A stretch of 64,000 bases of DNA, taken from the NCBI RefSeq assembly GCF_032062105.1, contig NW_026933043.1, positions 434,001 to 498,000 on the forward strand. Direction: 5' to 3'. This document shows, piece after piece, positions 63,681-64,000 of this stretch. A program made the position numbers and the translations under genes. The stretch is from Saccostrea cucullata. Taxonomy: Eukaryota. Positions within the stretch are counted from its first letter, which is position 1; every line of letters begins with the position of its first letter. A model generated the notes under the pieces. It was not told the DNA's origin. It saw nothing but the letters and a program-made list of their open reading frames with translations, and did not search any database.

Positions 63681-64000
63681 TATTTACAATCATTGTAAAC
63701 GAAATCCATCTTGTAAAAACATAAACAGCTAAGTAAGACTCATTAAAAAGAGAAATATACAGTATATTTAGTAAAAACATTCGACATATATGTATAGTAT
63801 TTTCAACATTTAACTTAAGTTCTACTAATAGAAAAATCGATGTTGCAAGAATTTAACAATCCCTATTTAAAGGCATCTCTATATCCTTCTTCGTTAATCT
63901 TTCGTACACATAATGCCCTATTAGCAAACATCACCTATCCTTTTTTGTTTTGGCGGACTTGTTTACCAATCGTTAGTTCTTTGTTTTTCTACTGAATTCG

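Overview
AT-rich, intron-containing eukaryotic genomic DNA, most consistent with a bivalve mollusc (oyster-like repeat families and expanded B-box/NHL genes; inferred, not database-checked). I could assemble by hand seven spliced protein-coding genes and one pseudogene: a RING/B-box/coiled-coil/filamin TRIM (-, running off the left edge), GRTP1/TBC1D6 (+), ATP6AP2 (-, with apparent frameshifts), a TNF-superfamily ligand (+), a Shisa/CYYR1-like single-pass protein with PY motifs (+), MPDU1 (+), a B-box/NHL TRIM-like gene (-) and a decayed paralog (-). These sit among many non-autonomous DNA transposons (several nested, with readable TSDs), Helentron-like satellite carriers, SINEs and decayed LINE/Penelope fragments. 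The most striking unexplained structure is that tandem repeats are repeatedly built out of splice junctions. The clearest case is a ~18-copy 96-bp array of '3' splice site + first 62 nt of exon 2' in the Shisa/CYYR1-like gene, where every intact upstream copy leads to an in-frame stop. Smaller junction-spanning repeats occur in ATP6AP2 (acceptors), MPDU1 (donor) and possibly GRTP1 (donor).
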